NCBI GenBank assembly: GCA_026770705.1
Contig: JANJGN010000008.1
Location: 158,658,001 to 158,722,000, forward strand
Reading direction: 5' to 3'
Source: Isurus oxyrinchus
Lineage: Eukaryota
DNA: 64,000 bases
Shown: in pieces, positions 1 through 11,330 of the stretch
Layout: every line of letters begins with the position of its first letter
How positions within the stretch are numbered: the first letter of the stretch is position 1
The notes under the pieces: generated by a model
The model's database searches: none
The model's input: the letters and a program-made list of their open reading frames with translations, nothing else
What the model was told of the DNA's origin: nothing
Program-made: the position numbers and the translations under genes

Positions 1-125
1 ATCCAACTTCCTTTTAAAATTATTTATGGAATTAGCTTGCACCAACTTTTCAGGTTGAACATTCCAGATCCAACAGAAGAGTGAAAAAGCTTTCCACACC
101 TCCCCTAGATATTTGTGACTGACAT
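1..125 (-). mobile_element. Degenerate CR1-type LINE fragment
   Basis: atccaacttccttttaaaa...cattccagatc resembles the reverse CR1 ORF2 3' region, as at 2340-2570. Confidence 0.45.
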
Positions 126-227
126 TAGATCTGCCAACTCTGTTACATTTTTAGGGGTTTTTAGATACTTCTTGCTCAGGTTCAACATCTCAAACTAGCC
201 CCAAAGGGAAGAAGGAATACCCTGCAA

Positions 228-675
228 GCCAGCCATGGTTCAGCTGGTAGCATTCTTCCCTCTGTGTCAGAAGGCTGTGAATTCAAGTCCCATTCCAGAG
301 TTTGAGCACATAAACTAAGCCTGACACTCCAGTGCAGTACTGAATGTTGCATCAGAGGTGCCATCTTTCAGATGAGGTGTTAAACTGAAGCCCTGTCTCC
401 CCTCGGAGGTGGACATAAAACACCCTGAAGCATTATTTTGGATAAGAGCAGGGAAGTTATCCCCAGTGCAGTGGCCAATATTTATGCCTCAACCAACATC
501 ACAAAAACAGATTATCTGGCCATTATCAATTTTTCAGGAGCTTGTTGTTTGCAAACTAGCAACCACCTTTTCTACATTTCAACAATGACTACGGGTGAAA
601 AGTACTTCATAGGCTGTAAACACAAGAACACAAGTAAAGCTTTGGGACATGTGAAAAAATAGTCTATTTTCTCTC
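228..675 (+). mobile_element. tRNA-derived DeuSINE (SacSINE1-like)
   Basis: tRNA-like head (tggttcagctggtag...gaattcaagtccc), Deu-domain core ggtgccatctttcagatgaggtgttaaac...tggccaatatttatgcctcaaccaacatcac, and L2-like tail aaagctttgggac. Paralogous to 40085 and 62233. Confidence 0.85.
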
Positions 676-819
676 CAAATGCTTAGAAAGTAGGCAGAGA
701 GAATTCCAACTCTTAATATTTGTTTATTTAGGCAATTCAATAGCAACCACACCCCACCCCCCACCGCCAGCCAGCACTTTGTAAAGTAGATTTAACATTG
801 GTATTCAGTAGGAAATGAG

Positions 820-940
820 ACTGATATTTTAAGAGAAAGGATGGACGGAGTTACGGCGGGAGCATGGTACTGAGAGGTGCTAACATGATGGGCTATATGG
901 CCTCCTTCTGTACAGTAACCATTCTGTGTGATTCTGTGAA
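820..940 (+). mobile_element. CR1 LINE 3' end
   Basis: gatgggctatatggcctccttctgtacagtaaccattctgtgtgattctgtga is the typical CR1 3' stem plus ATTCTRTG tail. Confidence 0.7.
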
Positions 941-1174
941 CAGACAGTGGATGTATACACTTGACACCAACTCAAACAGTGGGAGGTTGCCTCAAATTAG
1001 GTCTGGGCCCTGAGTCGGAATTTGCACCACACGTTTAGGGGTGTGCAATGAGGAATTTGCATATAAATGTAATCTCTCACATTGCAAAATAAATCTGAGT
1101 TTTCTTTGACGTAAAACATGTCTTCTCTGCAAATTCTACCTAGGCCAAATTAGGTTATTAGCATGAGATAGTTT

Positions 1175-1281
1175 GAGGAGATGGATTTGGTGAGGTGGAT
1201 TTAGGGAGATGGTTTGGAGGCGATGGATTTAAGGAATTGGATTTGGGGAGATGGAGTTGGGGAGATGGTTTTGGGGGAGAT
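1175..1281 (+). repeat. Degenerate ~13-bp minisatellite (GGAGATGGATTTG-like, ~8 units)
   Basis: Visible tandem units ggagatggatttg / gaggtggatttag / ggagatggagttg etc. Confidence 0.8.
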
Positions 1282-2334
1282 ACTGTCGTCTATTTCAGTG
1301 GTGCTGATTAGTTTTCTCTAGTTCTCATGGTCCCGCAAACATTTGGGAAACACTGGGTACAATCTGACGGTGAATGTTTCTTTCGGGAGTCGGGATCATT
1401 TCCGAGGCCTGAGTCCGCACGGATTTGCTGTTTGCACTCGGGAACAATCGGCCTGCGTCCAAGTGAGGATGGCGGCAGGTTCCTGACCCTGCAGGGCTCT
1501 GGGAGGCTGGGCCCTGGCAGCGAAGACAGGACACGGGGCACCTGAAAACGAAGCTGTCCTCAGAAACCGTCATCAAATTGCTGGAATGAAGAAGGGGCGA
1601 AACCAGTAGAGGAGCGGAGGGGAAACCGCTCTGGAGGAACAGTTTGGGCCCTGGGGTTGACCTTTCCTAACCCCGGTCCCACCACTGGGGAACGGAGCCT
1701 CCGGGCTTTGATGCTGAGAACGAGTTGCTGGAGACCCCCCTATCTCTTCATTCTCCACTGTTAATGGCTGTTGGATTGAGAGGTGAGAATCAGTTTTGAT
1801 GCTGTTCATGTCTCAGCTCCGTTTCTCACTTGGGGAGGAGAGGGGGTATGGTCCCAATGTCCATCAGCCTGCGGTCTTGTTTTCACAGAATTCCGTCAGT
1901 AAATAGTCATTTTGCTGGATGTATGGAAATAACTTGTTCAAGAATTGCCTTCCATGCCCGGAATAAATGAATTGCAAAATGCTTTCTCTCCCATAGATAG
2001 GATCACGGTTGTAGCAACTCACGAACAGAATTGTCTTCAACCCTGAATAAATTATCTTATTTAAATGAGTTACCTTCGAACAGGAATAATCTGATTTAAA
2101 ATCTTATTACGCAACCAATTAACCGCTGGCTTTGACGAAGTCTCCTTCACGCTGGAGTTCTGTACAATCCAGGTCGCCTAATAACGAACCGAAAGCGTTT
2201 CTTCAACAGGGTTGAGATACCCTGACCCTACTGTCGGAGGTGGACACTCCGCTCTCTGCTCACTCAGCAGCAGCTTGGAATCAGTATATCGTTCGGTTTG
2301 CAAATTTGACTGAGCTAAAGCTGTGATCTCATGA

Positions 2335-2570
2335 AATCACAAAAGATGCAACACTGAATGAGGCCATTCGGCCTATCATGTCTCTGTCAGCTCTTTGAAA
2401 GAGTTATCCAATTGGTTCCGCTCCTCCCGCTCATCGCCCTGGAACATTTTTCCGTTTCGAATCTGTCTCTAATTGGCTTTGGAAAGTTACTGTTGAAACT
2501 GCTTCCATCGCCTTTTAGGTCAGCGCATTCCAGATCATTCCAGACAGAACTTACTGCATAACTCCTTTCC
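2335..2570 (-). mobile_element. CR1 LINE 3' fragment
   Basis: gaggccattcggcctatcatgtctctgtcagctctttgaaagag...cagcgcattccagatc is a reverse-complement CR1 3' end. Confidence 0.75.
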
Positions 2571-4803
2571 CCCTGGATCCACCCCAACTATCCCCTGTGA
2601 AATCTACTGGTTTAATAGGAGATGTAAACAGTTTCAGCAATTAAAACGTTGGGTTGATCCCTAGGCCGAGAACTGACAAGTAAGTGCCTTTTGATCCAGA
2701 GTTTCCGGACAGATAACGGTTCCGATTCCTTTAGTTTCCTGAGAAGCGTGAGGCTGTCGGCTCGTCCCAACAATTTACCTGTTTGAAGCAATCCCATCTC
2801 CAATCAGTACAACAAGGAACTGGTAGGTATTCAGCGGCCTCCTGAAGACGTCAACCTTGCCTTCTTTGCTCCTTTATGAAGCGTTGCTCTTACAAAGATT
2901 AATAATCAATGGCGTGTTCTCAAACATGTCCTCAGCCTGTTTGCTTCTTCTATGCATGAAAACTATGAGTCGAATAAGTGGGTTTGCTGCTGACTTGCAC
3001 TGGTTGAAAGGAACTTCAGGTAAAAGCCGCTGGTTTGACCCTGGGTAGAGAGCAAAAATATCCCGTTTCTGCCAAGCTTCTCAACATTTAGAAGTGAAAA
3101 GCTGGGGCGAGGTAATCCTGCTGAGTGTTCAGCCTCGCAGCTCAGATTAGTAGAGGAGTAAAACAAGTTAATGAAACTTTTCCTAACTCGCTGGGGGAGA
3201 GCTTTATCCTCCGATCTGGCTCTCAAACTTCTGACAGCCGCGTTGTCTTTACTGGGGACCGCCAAGTGAGTTCATGTCAATTATTTACATAGAGTCACAG
3301 CTTCAGCAAACAGGGGGTAGATGTGGGGGTGAAAAATGTCTGACAACTATATTGAACAGAGCTTTTAAAATAAAGCTAGGCCGTCGACTAATGACAGAGA
3401 TTGAGAGGAGAGAGGTAGAAGAGCATTTTTAGATGTAACTTGCAGCTATAAATATTCATCTCCCAAACACAAACCTTGTAGACGCATAAATATCCTATAT
3501 ATACACACGTACGACCAATAAATAAATCTATACCTACAATACATGTACTAAAACATATTTACAGAATCTATAACAGACTTAGGTAAAATATGAGAAATTA
3601 ACAAAATATCAGGTAATTGAATAGGAAGAAATAGAAACACAAACAGTCCTGGGTTGGTGGGGGGGAGACAGTGAAGAAGGGAGAGATTAGACTAGTGAGG
3701 GGGCGGGGGTGCAGGAGAGGAAAAACTGTAGCAGAGACAGCTGTTTTCAAAGACAATGACATGAACAGATAGATATTGAGAAAGGAAACATTTACAGACA
3801 GATGGGAACAAGAGAGAGTCAGACAGGTACATAGAAAGGAACGGAGGGTGGGGGTGGGAGGTGGGGGTGGTGTGCAAAGCCGAAACAGAAAGGAAAAAAA
3901 ATAATAAGTTTTACTGAGCTGGCATGTCCATGGATTTTAAAACTCTAATATGATCCCGTGCCTATAGTGCGCGACTAATTAACCAGAGTGACACAGTATT
4001 TGAGAACGAAAGAAATTATTGCGTCTGTAATTAGTGGACAACCAACTGTAAACTGTTCAGAGCGCCGAGAGCAAAACGTGAGCATTTCAGCTTCCCTGCG
4101 AGTGTTTGCAGTTGCAACCAGCAATGGCTGAATGAGCTGGTGCAGCCGAGAGTTCCCAATCTCGTGGACCCACTCATCCCCGAATCCAGGAGCCCAGAAA
4201 CAGGCAGCACCGCCCGAGATCCTGTTTCACTCTCGCTTGTAAAACCGGATCAGATGCGCTCTGTCTCCCAACAGAGATACAATCCAGCCCTTTGCTACCT
4301 CGCCTTGCCAAATGTAATACTTTGCACGTTGCACGGGATATTAATCATGGTGAATAATTTAACATTATAAAACAGTTATAACTGTTATTAATTCATTTTG
4401 AAATGTGTGAGAGTTAGCGACTATGCCATGTTCTGTCATACAGCTTCTCGCATTTTTACTTCTTGTTTATTTTTTTTTAATTTTAAATGCTTAAAATGTT
4501 AATTACGCGATCCCAGTAGCGATGAAATCAGATCCCAAACCGCCTTCTGATACAATGTAAATGTTTTCGAGTTGAACATCTTTGTGTCTCTGATTCTTCC
4601 CATGGATAATATTTTGGCGCGCACCGTTTCTTCTGTTGCTGTGGAAGTTGTTTAAATCAGATAAGTTAAGGAACATCTTCTGATCAATCTGGAATAGACA
4701 TTGGGAATTAGGTAAAAATCGGCTTAAACTCTTTAAAGGTATCGACCTCTTTACTGCACCAGAATAACTGTCAGAATACATTAGGAAAGGGGAGAAATCG
4801 GCA

Positions 4804-4951
4804 TTTAACCAGCTTATATTTCAACTCTTTCTTGGACTCGAAATCAAGTTCTGTCGAAGGGTCATGAGGACTCGAAACGTCAACTCTTTTCTTCTCCGCC
4901 GATGCTGCCAGACCTGCTGAGTTTTTCCAGGTAATTCTGTTTTTGTTTAAC
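4804..4951 (+). mobile_element. Penelope-like element terminal-repeat fragment with hammerhead-like motif
   Basis: Near-identical over ~95 bp to 35630-35727 and homologous to 36133-36266. Flanked by a direct repeat ATCGGCA (4797-4803, 4952-4958). Confidence 0.8.
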
Positions 4952-5399
4952 ATCGGCAGGTTGATCGCTATGTTCACCTGTGAATCCTGACCAGTATCGA
5001 TACCGATCAACAAATTATCAGTGACAATCAGGGTTCGTGTTTGAGCGGTTTTACCCCGAAACCCAGTCACAACTCATTTTTAAGACACCAAACTCTCAAT
5101 GCACGGCCACTGACTCTGTAATAGTTGCATCTCGCAATCTGCAACTTTACTCAGACGCCTGACTTTGCTGAAACCTGTCCTGCACGGTCGAGGCAAAGCC
5201 TCCCTGACCTCACCCCCCCCCCTCCCCCAATCCACCCGCCCCTACCCCACCCACCCCACCACATCCCATCCCAACATATCCCATCCATAATCGCTTTAAT
5301 TTTAAACAAACTACGGGAGTTGCGGGTGAACAGCCCGTTCTGGGCGTCATTCAGTCTGAACAGTCCTTTGGTTAAACTCAGAAAGAGGGTCGGCTTTTC

Positions 5400-5846
5400 A
5401 GTCACCGTGATGTCAGGGAGAAGCCCCAATCAGAGCGGCTTTGACTCAGACACGTGCTAGAGACATTTTTAAAAAAAAGGGGAAGAAAAAAAAAACCTTG
5501 CAAAGTGACAGAAGTTCATTTTAGTCCAAAAGTATCTTCGGGAGGTAGAAATCTGTGGCTGCCGCTCGCGGCCCCGCGAGGTGCGGATTTGCCCTTGTCC
5601 AAGGTGCTGAAACCCGCTTCATCTTCCAATCGCCCCCTCACCACCCTCCACCCTCCACCCTCAACTCCATCAGCGCCGTGTTTCAAGCCGCACCGAGCTC
5701 CAGATTTGCACCAACTTTCTTTTGGAAATTTCAGTGAAAGGGGTTTAATTGCGCCGGATCGCTATTTTTATAAGTTGGAGGATTTCGCCTGCAAGTTGAG
5801 TCAAGTTCCCATCCCCAGCTCCAGATGACCATCTAAAGTGCCAGGT
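5400..5846 (+). promoter_or_regulatory. BARHL1 proximal promoter / 5'UTR (CpG-rich)
   Basis: CpG-dense stretch directly upstream of the ATG, with CCAAT motifs (~5426, ~5626), a TAATTG homeodomain site (5746-5751) and an AT-rich TTTATAA (~5767). The TSS cannot be placed from sequence. Confidence 0.55.
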
Positions 5847-6306
5847 ATGGAAGGGTCCAACGGCTCCAGCTTTGGGATTGACTCGATTTTATCTCACAGG
5901 CCAGTCAGCCCTGTCTTACCCAAAGGAGATCCGTTGATGGGCGACTGCAGGTCTCCCCAGGAGATGAAGGCTGGCCTGAGCCCAGTGTCGGACGTGGGCA
6001 GCGAGCAGAGCTCGCCCGCCTCGCCCGGCCTGGAGTGCGGCGATGGGGCGGCGCAGCTGCCGGGGGCCGCGGGCGGGATCGAGTCGCAGCCGCGCCCGGG
6101 TCAGCTCTGCGCCGCTCCCCAGCCCAGGACTGCTACCTCCTCCTTCCTTATCAGAGACATTCTGGGCGATTGCAAACCTTTGGCTGCCTGCGCCCCGTAT
6201 TCAAGCAGCGGCCAGGCGTCCCAAGAGCCGTCTCACAAACACGGAGAAGAACTCAAAGACAGGCTGGAGAAAAGGGAAAACTCGTCCTCAGACACGGAAT
6301 ACAAAG
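5847..6306 (+). CDS. BARHL1: BarH-like homeobox 1, coding exon 1
   Basis: ATG at 5847 gives MEGSNGSSFGIDSILSHRP...TSSFLIRDILGDCKPLAACAPYSSSGQ...SSDTEYK, closely matching vertebrate BARHL1. Contains two eh1/FIL motifs (FGIDSILS, FLIRDILG). Donor AG|GTAAG at 6307, phase 1. Confidence 0.97.
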
Positions 6307-7062
6307 GTAAGGAGCTGGTGAAGGTGGAGGAGAGGGTGGGGGGAACTAAGTCAAACTGCGAAAATTCACGTATGATAGAAGTTCTGGGGGGAAAGTGGTG
6401 GCTCCAACGGTTATGAAAAATAATACTGGGAATCTGAAAATTCTCATTTCGGGAGAACTGGTGTTAAAAGGCCACAGTACAGGGAACTTCTCAATGTTAC
6501 CGAGCTCCTTCCTCCAAATTCTAAAACTGCCGCATGTTGGACGGTTCCAGAGATTGCATTTGGATTAAAAAAAAACTATTTGTGTCCGTTTGTTTATCCT
6601 CCTCTCTTCGGCCGATGTTGTTCTAGTACTTAATGCGGGGAAATTAATAAATAGCTTTTAATGGGAGCTTTTAATTCATTAATCCGGCTGCCTTTGGAAC
6701 AAAGGTGACACTGAAAGGCCCGGCTAACAAACTGCAGCAGGATGGAGTTTGGTGTCTTAAGAGAAGCGAGGCTCCTGCCTCTTCACCACCTGACATTTCA
6801 CTTTCGGGTCAAACTCAACAATTCAGAGTCAATCCGCCGATGATCACTTTACACACAGACTGACCCGAGGAATGGGAACTGTCGGGCAAAGTGTTACCGG
6901 CAAGTAAGTTTAAACCCGCAGCACCTGACAAAAGATCGCAGTTGGTTAGAAATGTATTTATCACACACACAAAAAAAAATACAAGGCTTCAGGAAATTAA
7001 ATTGACTTTGTCTCTTTGAATCCTGCTCGTACATCAAGATGTATTTTGTCCTGAAAATAGCC

Positions 7063-7107
7063 CATTTTTGTTTTGGATTTCCAGCATCCGCAGTTTTTTG
7101 CTTTTAT
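7063..7107 (+). mobile_element. Penelope-like element terminal fragment
   Basis: tttttgttttggatttccagcatccgcagttttttgctttta is the reverse complement of the family end seen at 8695, 35233 and 58823. Confidence 0.75.
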
Positions 7108-8694
7108 CCAATAATGCAGGACTGCATCTTTGGCAATGGGCTGTGCATTTCTGCGGAAATTTCCCAGATAATATTTCTCAAAGGTTTTTAATTTATTGGC
7201 AGATCGTCGTCATAAAATAGACATTGTTACTTTTTACGAATCATCATTTAAATACTGTATAATCCAGTCCCGTTTGGCCGTTGAATTTTACAATCTGGAT
7301 TTGCCTAGATTGTGTAAAATGTGTTACCAAGTGATAGATTACTAGGGGCTGTGAACTCTCATCTTGTTGCAGATTTCAAACCAGGTATTTTTTTTTTAAA
7401 TGCACAAATAGTGGTTCTTGGACTTCAGACTCGTTCTGAATTGTAATAACAATATTGTCAATTTTCAAAGTTGATTTGGATAAATCAGATATCAAAGAAA
7501 CTTTTGTCAAGGAAACGGGAAATTGAATTTCACTGAAGCTAATATTATTCTGTGATTCGGAATAGCGACATGTGAGTCGCAGACAGAGTGGTCAAAAGTT
7601 ATTTGAAACACTCACATTGAACATAAATGTATGAAAAAAGACAGCCCTGGCGGTTTTACTGGTTAAATCGCGAACATTAACTTGTTAGGATGAAAACCAT
7701 TACTTGGCATATTGGAATCTTTTCGGTTGAAGGCGGGAAGCTTTGATCACCGATTGTAACAGGAAAGCATCAGCCAATGGGATTAAAATCAGAAAGAGTA
7801 CTCTAAAGAAACTGGGTGTGGGGAGGTGTGTAAGATTTCAGAGTCTGAGGCCCATTCAGAAGTACAGAATCATACTCGGCTCAATCCCTAAATGTATTTA
7901 TTTTTTTGTAAAATATGTCAGAATTTACTACAAACCTTCCACCATTAAATAAAATGCGTGTATGGGAGTGGGGGTGGGGGAAGGTGGCGCTGGGATTAAG
8001 GACGGAAGTTTTAAAAGTTTAGATGGTAAAACTTAAAAAGGATAAGGTTCAGAGTCGCATCTGCGCCAGAGACATTAAACATCAGCAGCATTCAAACAGC
8101 GAAAATGTCATGAATAAATAAACAAACGCAATTTTGAAACGATAACCTGTCAGAACTTAGTGCAACTTAACATAAATTAAGAGAAGCACAATTGACCAAT
8201 AAGTTATAATAGGCCGGGGCTCGTTTAATAAACAGAAACGGGCTTCTGACTGGCCTCATATTTCTAAGGGAAGAGTAAACTTTACAACCTCCACAACAGA
8301 ATAAAATCCCCAGGTTTCCAGGAAACTCTGGGCCCATTTCTGCATTTACAGTTTTAAATAATGATTTTCAAAGATTTTATAGCAGTCAGTATGGACGGTT
8401 AATATCAGGCGGCTGTCATGAAAAACTGCTCAAAGTTTCCTGAAGGTGTGAATTTGAAAATAAAATATTTTTGAACCGGGACTAAACCCAAGCATAGTTA
8501 TTTTGGCGGAACCTTTAAATCTTTCATTGGGGTCCGCGAGTTTTTTTTTTGGTTCATATTTGTTTCTTCATTCTGTATTTTGAAGTGTTTCAAAAAGTTG
8601 CAGCGCCTGTTAGGAGGGTGTCAGTGTTTCCGAGTCCCTGGAAGGGATTTTTGGCGTCACTCGGTCACATTGAACGGATGATTTTGTTTTCGGT

Positions 8695-8880
8695 AAAAAG
8701 CAAAATTCTGCGGATGTTGGAAATCTGAAACAAAAAACAAAATTTTGTTGGAAAAACTCAGCAGGTCTGACAGCATCTGTGGAGAAAAAGACAGAGTTAA
8801 CGTTTCGAGTCCGAATGATTCTTCCTCAGATGATGTCAGATCTGCTGAGTTTTTTCCAGCAATTTTTGATTTTGTTTTTG
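8695..8880. mobile_element. Penelope-like element fragment with inverted ends
   Basis: aaaagcaaaattctgcggatgttggaaatctgaaac...ctcagcaggtctgacagc, followed by an inverted copy tgtcagatctgctgagttttttccagc at 8835-8880. Confidence 0.8.
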
Positions 8881-10880
8881 GTGTCGTTTCCGGATGACAC
8901 ACCGAGCAGTTCTCTCTTTACTGGAGCCAGAGTATTTGATGCAATCTCCATACCGTCCGTATTATGCATCTGGACCAGTGCTGGAACCGATAAATTACAT
9001 TAAACCTCCCTTTTTAAAAAAATTAAATTAAATTAATATGACAGAGAGGTTACAACTTTCTGCAGTGAATTTCAATAAAATAATTACACAGGTCAGGAAA
9101 TAATAAATATTGGTTTCTGAATGTATTTACATGTTCAGAAATAATAAGGGTCTCGTTATTTCCCGGCTATTAGCTCTGCTGTGCAACATTTATCTGAATG
9201 TAGTAAATAGAACGGCAGTTATCTCTAGATTCAGACTCCCATAAGGAGCGGCTACTTTTGCTGATGTGTTTCCAGTATGTGTCTCCTGAAGTTTGAGACA
9301 GAGATTCGCTCACTTTAAACCTGTATTTGGGGCCGAGGTGATTTCGGATTTATGTCAGTGTGGCAGCCGATTGATTCCATGCACGTTGAACCAATTGAGA
9401 ATAGATTGAATGAGTATTGCGGTCACAGTGGCGAAGAGAAAGGGTCCTTTCTCGGTGGTTTGGCCTCTGCTGCACACAGTGAAATGGGGTTCGTTCTGTG
9501 AATTATCAATAAAAGGAGCTCAGTTTGAGGTCGATTGTTGGAGCTGCGAGTTGGACACTGTAAGATAATGGTTTATTTGTCCTGAGTGTGTACGAGATAA
9601 ATCACGTTGATGTTGTCTGGGGTGTGGATGATTAGCGCAGGTTAATGCATCTTTATTGTGCGCGCCTGTTTTACAGGGGCAAGTTTAAATGGAGAGATGT
9701 TACTTCGTGGGAGATGGAAGGGACAACAGACACAATTATCAAGCGTTGTTGGTTAGGAAGTGGAGTTGGGTTTTAAGTAGAAGATTTGACACAACCGCAC
9801 TGAGTTTGTACACAGGAGATCGCACTGCAGTGGTCACTGGTCCTCCCTGTGAAGGGGCTTCGCTTTAATTTGCGGGAAATCCTCTGATCAGTTTTATTTC
9901 GAAGGATTCCGGCCTTAATCGGCTTTGTTCCCTTCTGAAGGGGGCGGGTTTAATTTGTAAAACATGATTTAAATCGTTGCCGTTTTGTGCAGGATATGCC
10001 AGTTTCCTGCGCCTAATTTGATGCAGCCGGCTTCAAGGAATCGGCGCGATTTGCAAAATAATCCTGTGATCAGATTTTTTTTTTAAAAAAAGGATAGTTC
10101 GATTATTGGGTCTCTAATCGTCGGGTTGCTGCTTTAAAACAGCTCTGGGCACGTTCCCTGGTGGTTCAATTAAACGGATTATTTTCTTGCCGGCCAGTGG
10201 AATTAGATCCACCTATCCTGTCTCCTTTCTCCTCTCCCAGCCCTTCTCTGTTTCCCATTAAACCCATTCGGTAAATGCAAACAAAGAGCTACTGCACCCT
10301 ACCTACAAAAACACAGAACGAGCCCAGCTTTAAACATCACTTCAAGAGTCCAGGATAGGCAGTGCCCGTTGTCTAAGCGGCCGATTGAACTCAAACGTCT
10401 CTTTAATGTGTTATTTCAGAATAGCAGGGGGGGGGGGGGGGGGCGGTAAGTTTTGCGTGAAAGCGGCTACAAACCAACGGATAGATAGATTTACTCACAC
10501 CCCCCACACACATAGACAGAGAGGGATACAGGGAGTGCTGTGTCTGTATCTCCAGCAATTCAAATACAGACTGGCTTTAAAAGAGGAAAATCAACATCCC
10601 ATTTCTTGGTGTTTGGGAGGAGAGGAAATAAAAGAGCCGCCCGTTTTCCTGTTTAAATGCTAACTTATGTTAATGCTGTAATTCCAGAACGGAACCCCCA
10701 ACACCCTGCCCTGCGATTTGCATGGATTGCAAATTAGTCAGGAATATCCGAGCTGTCTTTAAGGAAGCGGGTGACATTCTTGGGGCCTTTAATATTATTC
10801 ACTATTATCCATGCTAATTATCAAAGTTTGGCAACATGAACGGGGACGGCGTGCATTGAGTAGCCTGGAAAAGCACCTGA

Positions 10881-11330
<450 letters not shown>

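Noticed and set aside
228-300. tRNA-like sequences (also ~44030-44103, ~48040-48123, ~62600-62668)
   Set aside because: These are SINE heads with A/B boxes but no complete cloverleaf; not tRNA genes.
1012-1141. Possible MITE with GAATTTGCA/TGCAAATTC inverted ends
   Set aside because: Only 9-bp identity, no clear TSD and no second copy in the window.
1175-1281. CRISPR-like periodicity
   Set aside because: A degenerate minisatellite without unique spacers, in eukaryotic DNA.
6035-6321. Alternative-frame ORFs in exon 1 (and 16280-16684 in exon 3)
   Set aside because: Expected from high GC content and low complexity; no independent coding signal.
5838-6416. 192-aa ORF starting at GTG 5838 and running past exon 1
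   Set aside because: Homology begins at ATG 5847 and ends at the GTAAG donor (6307); the remainder is intron read-through.
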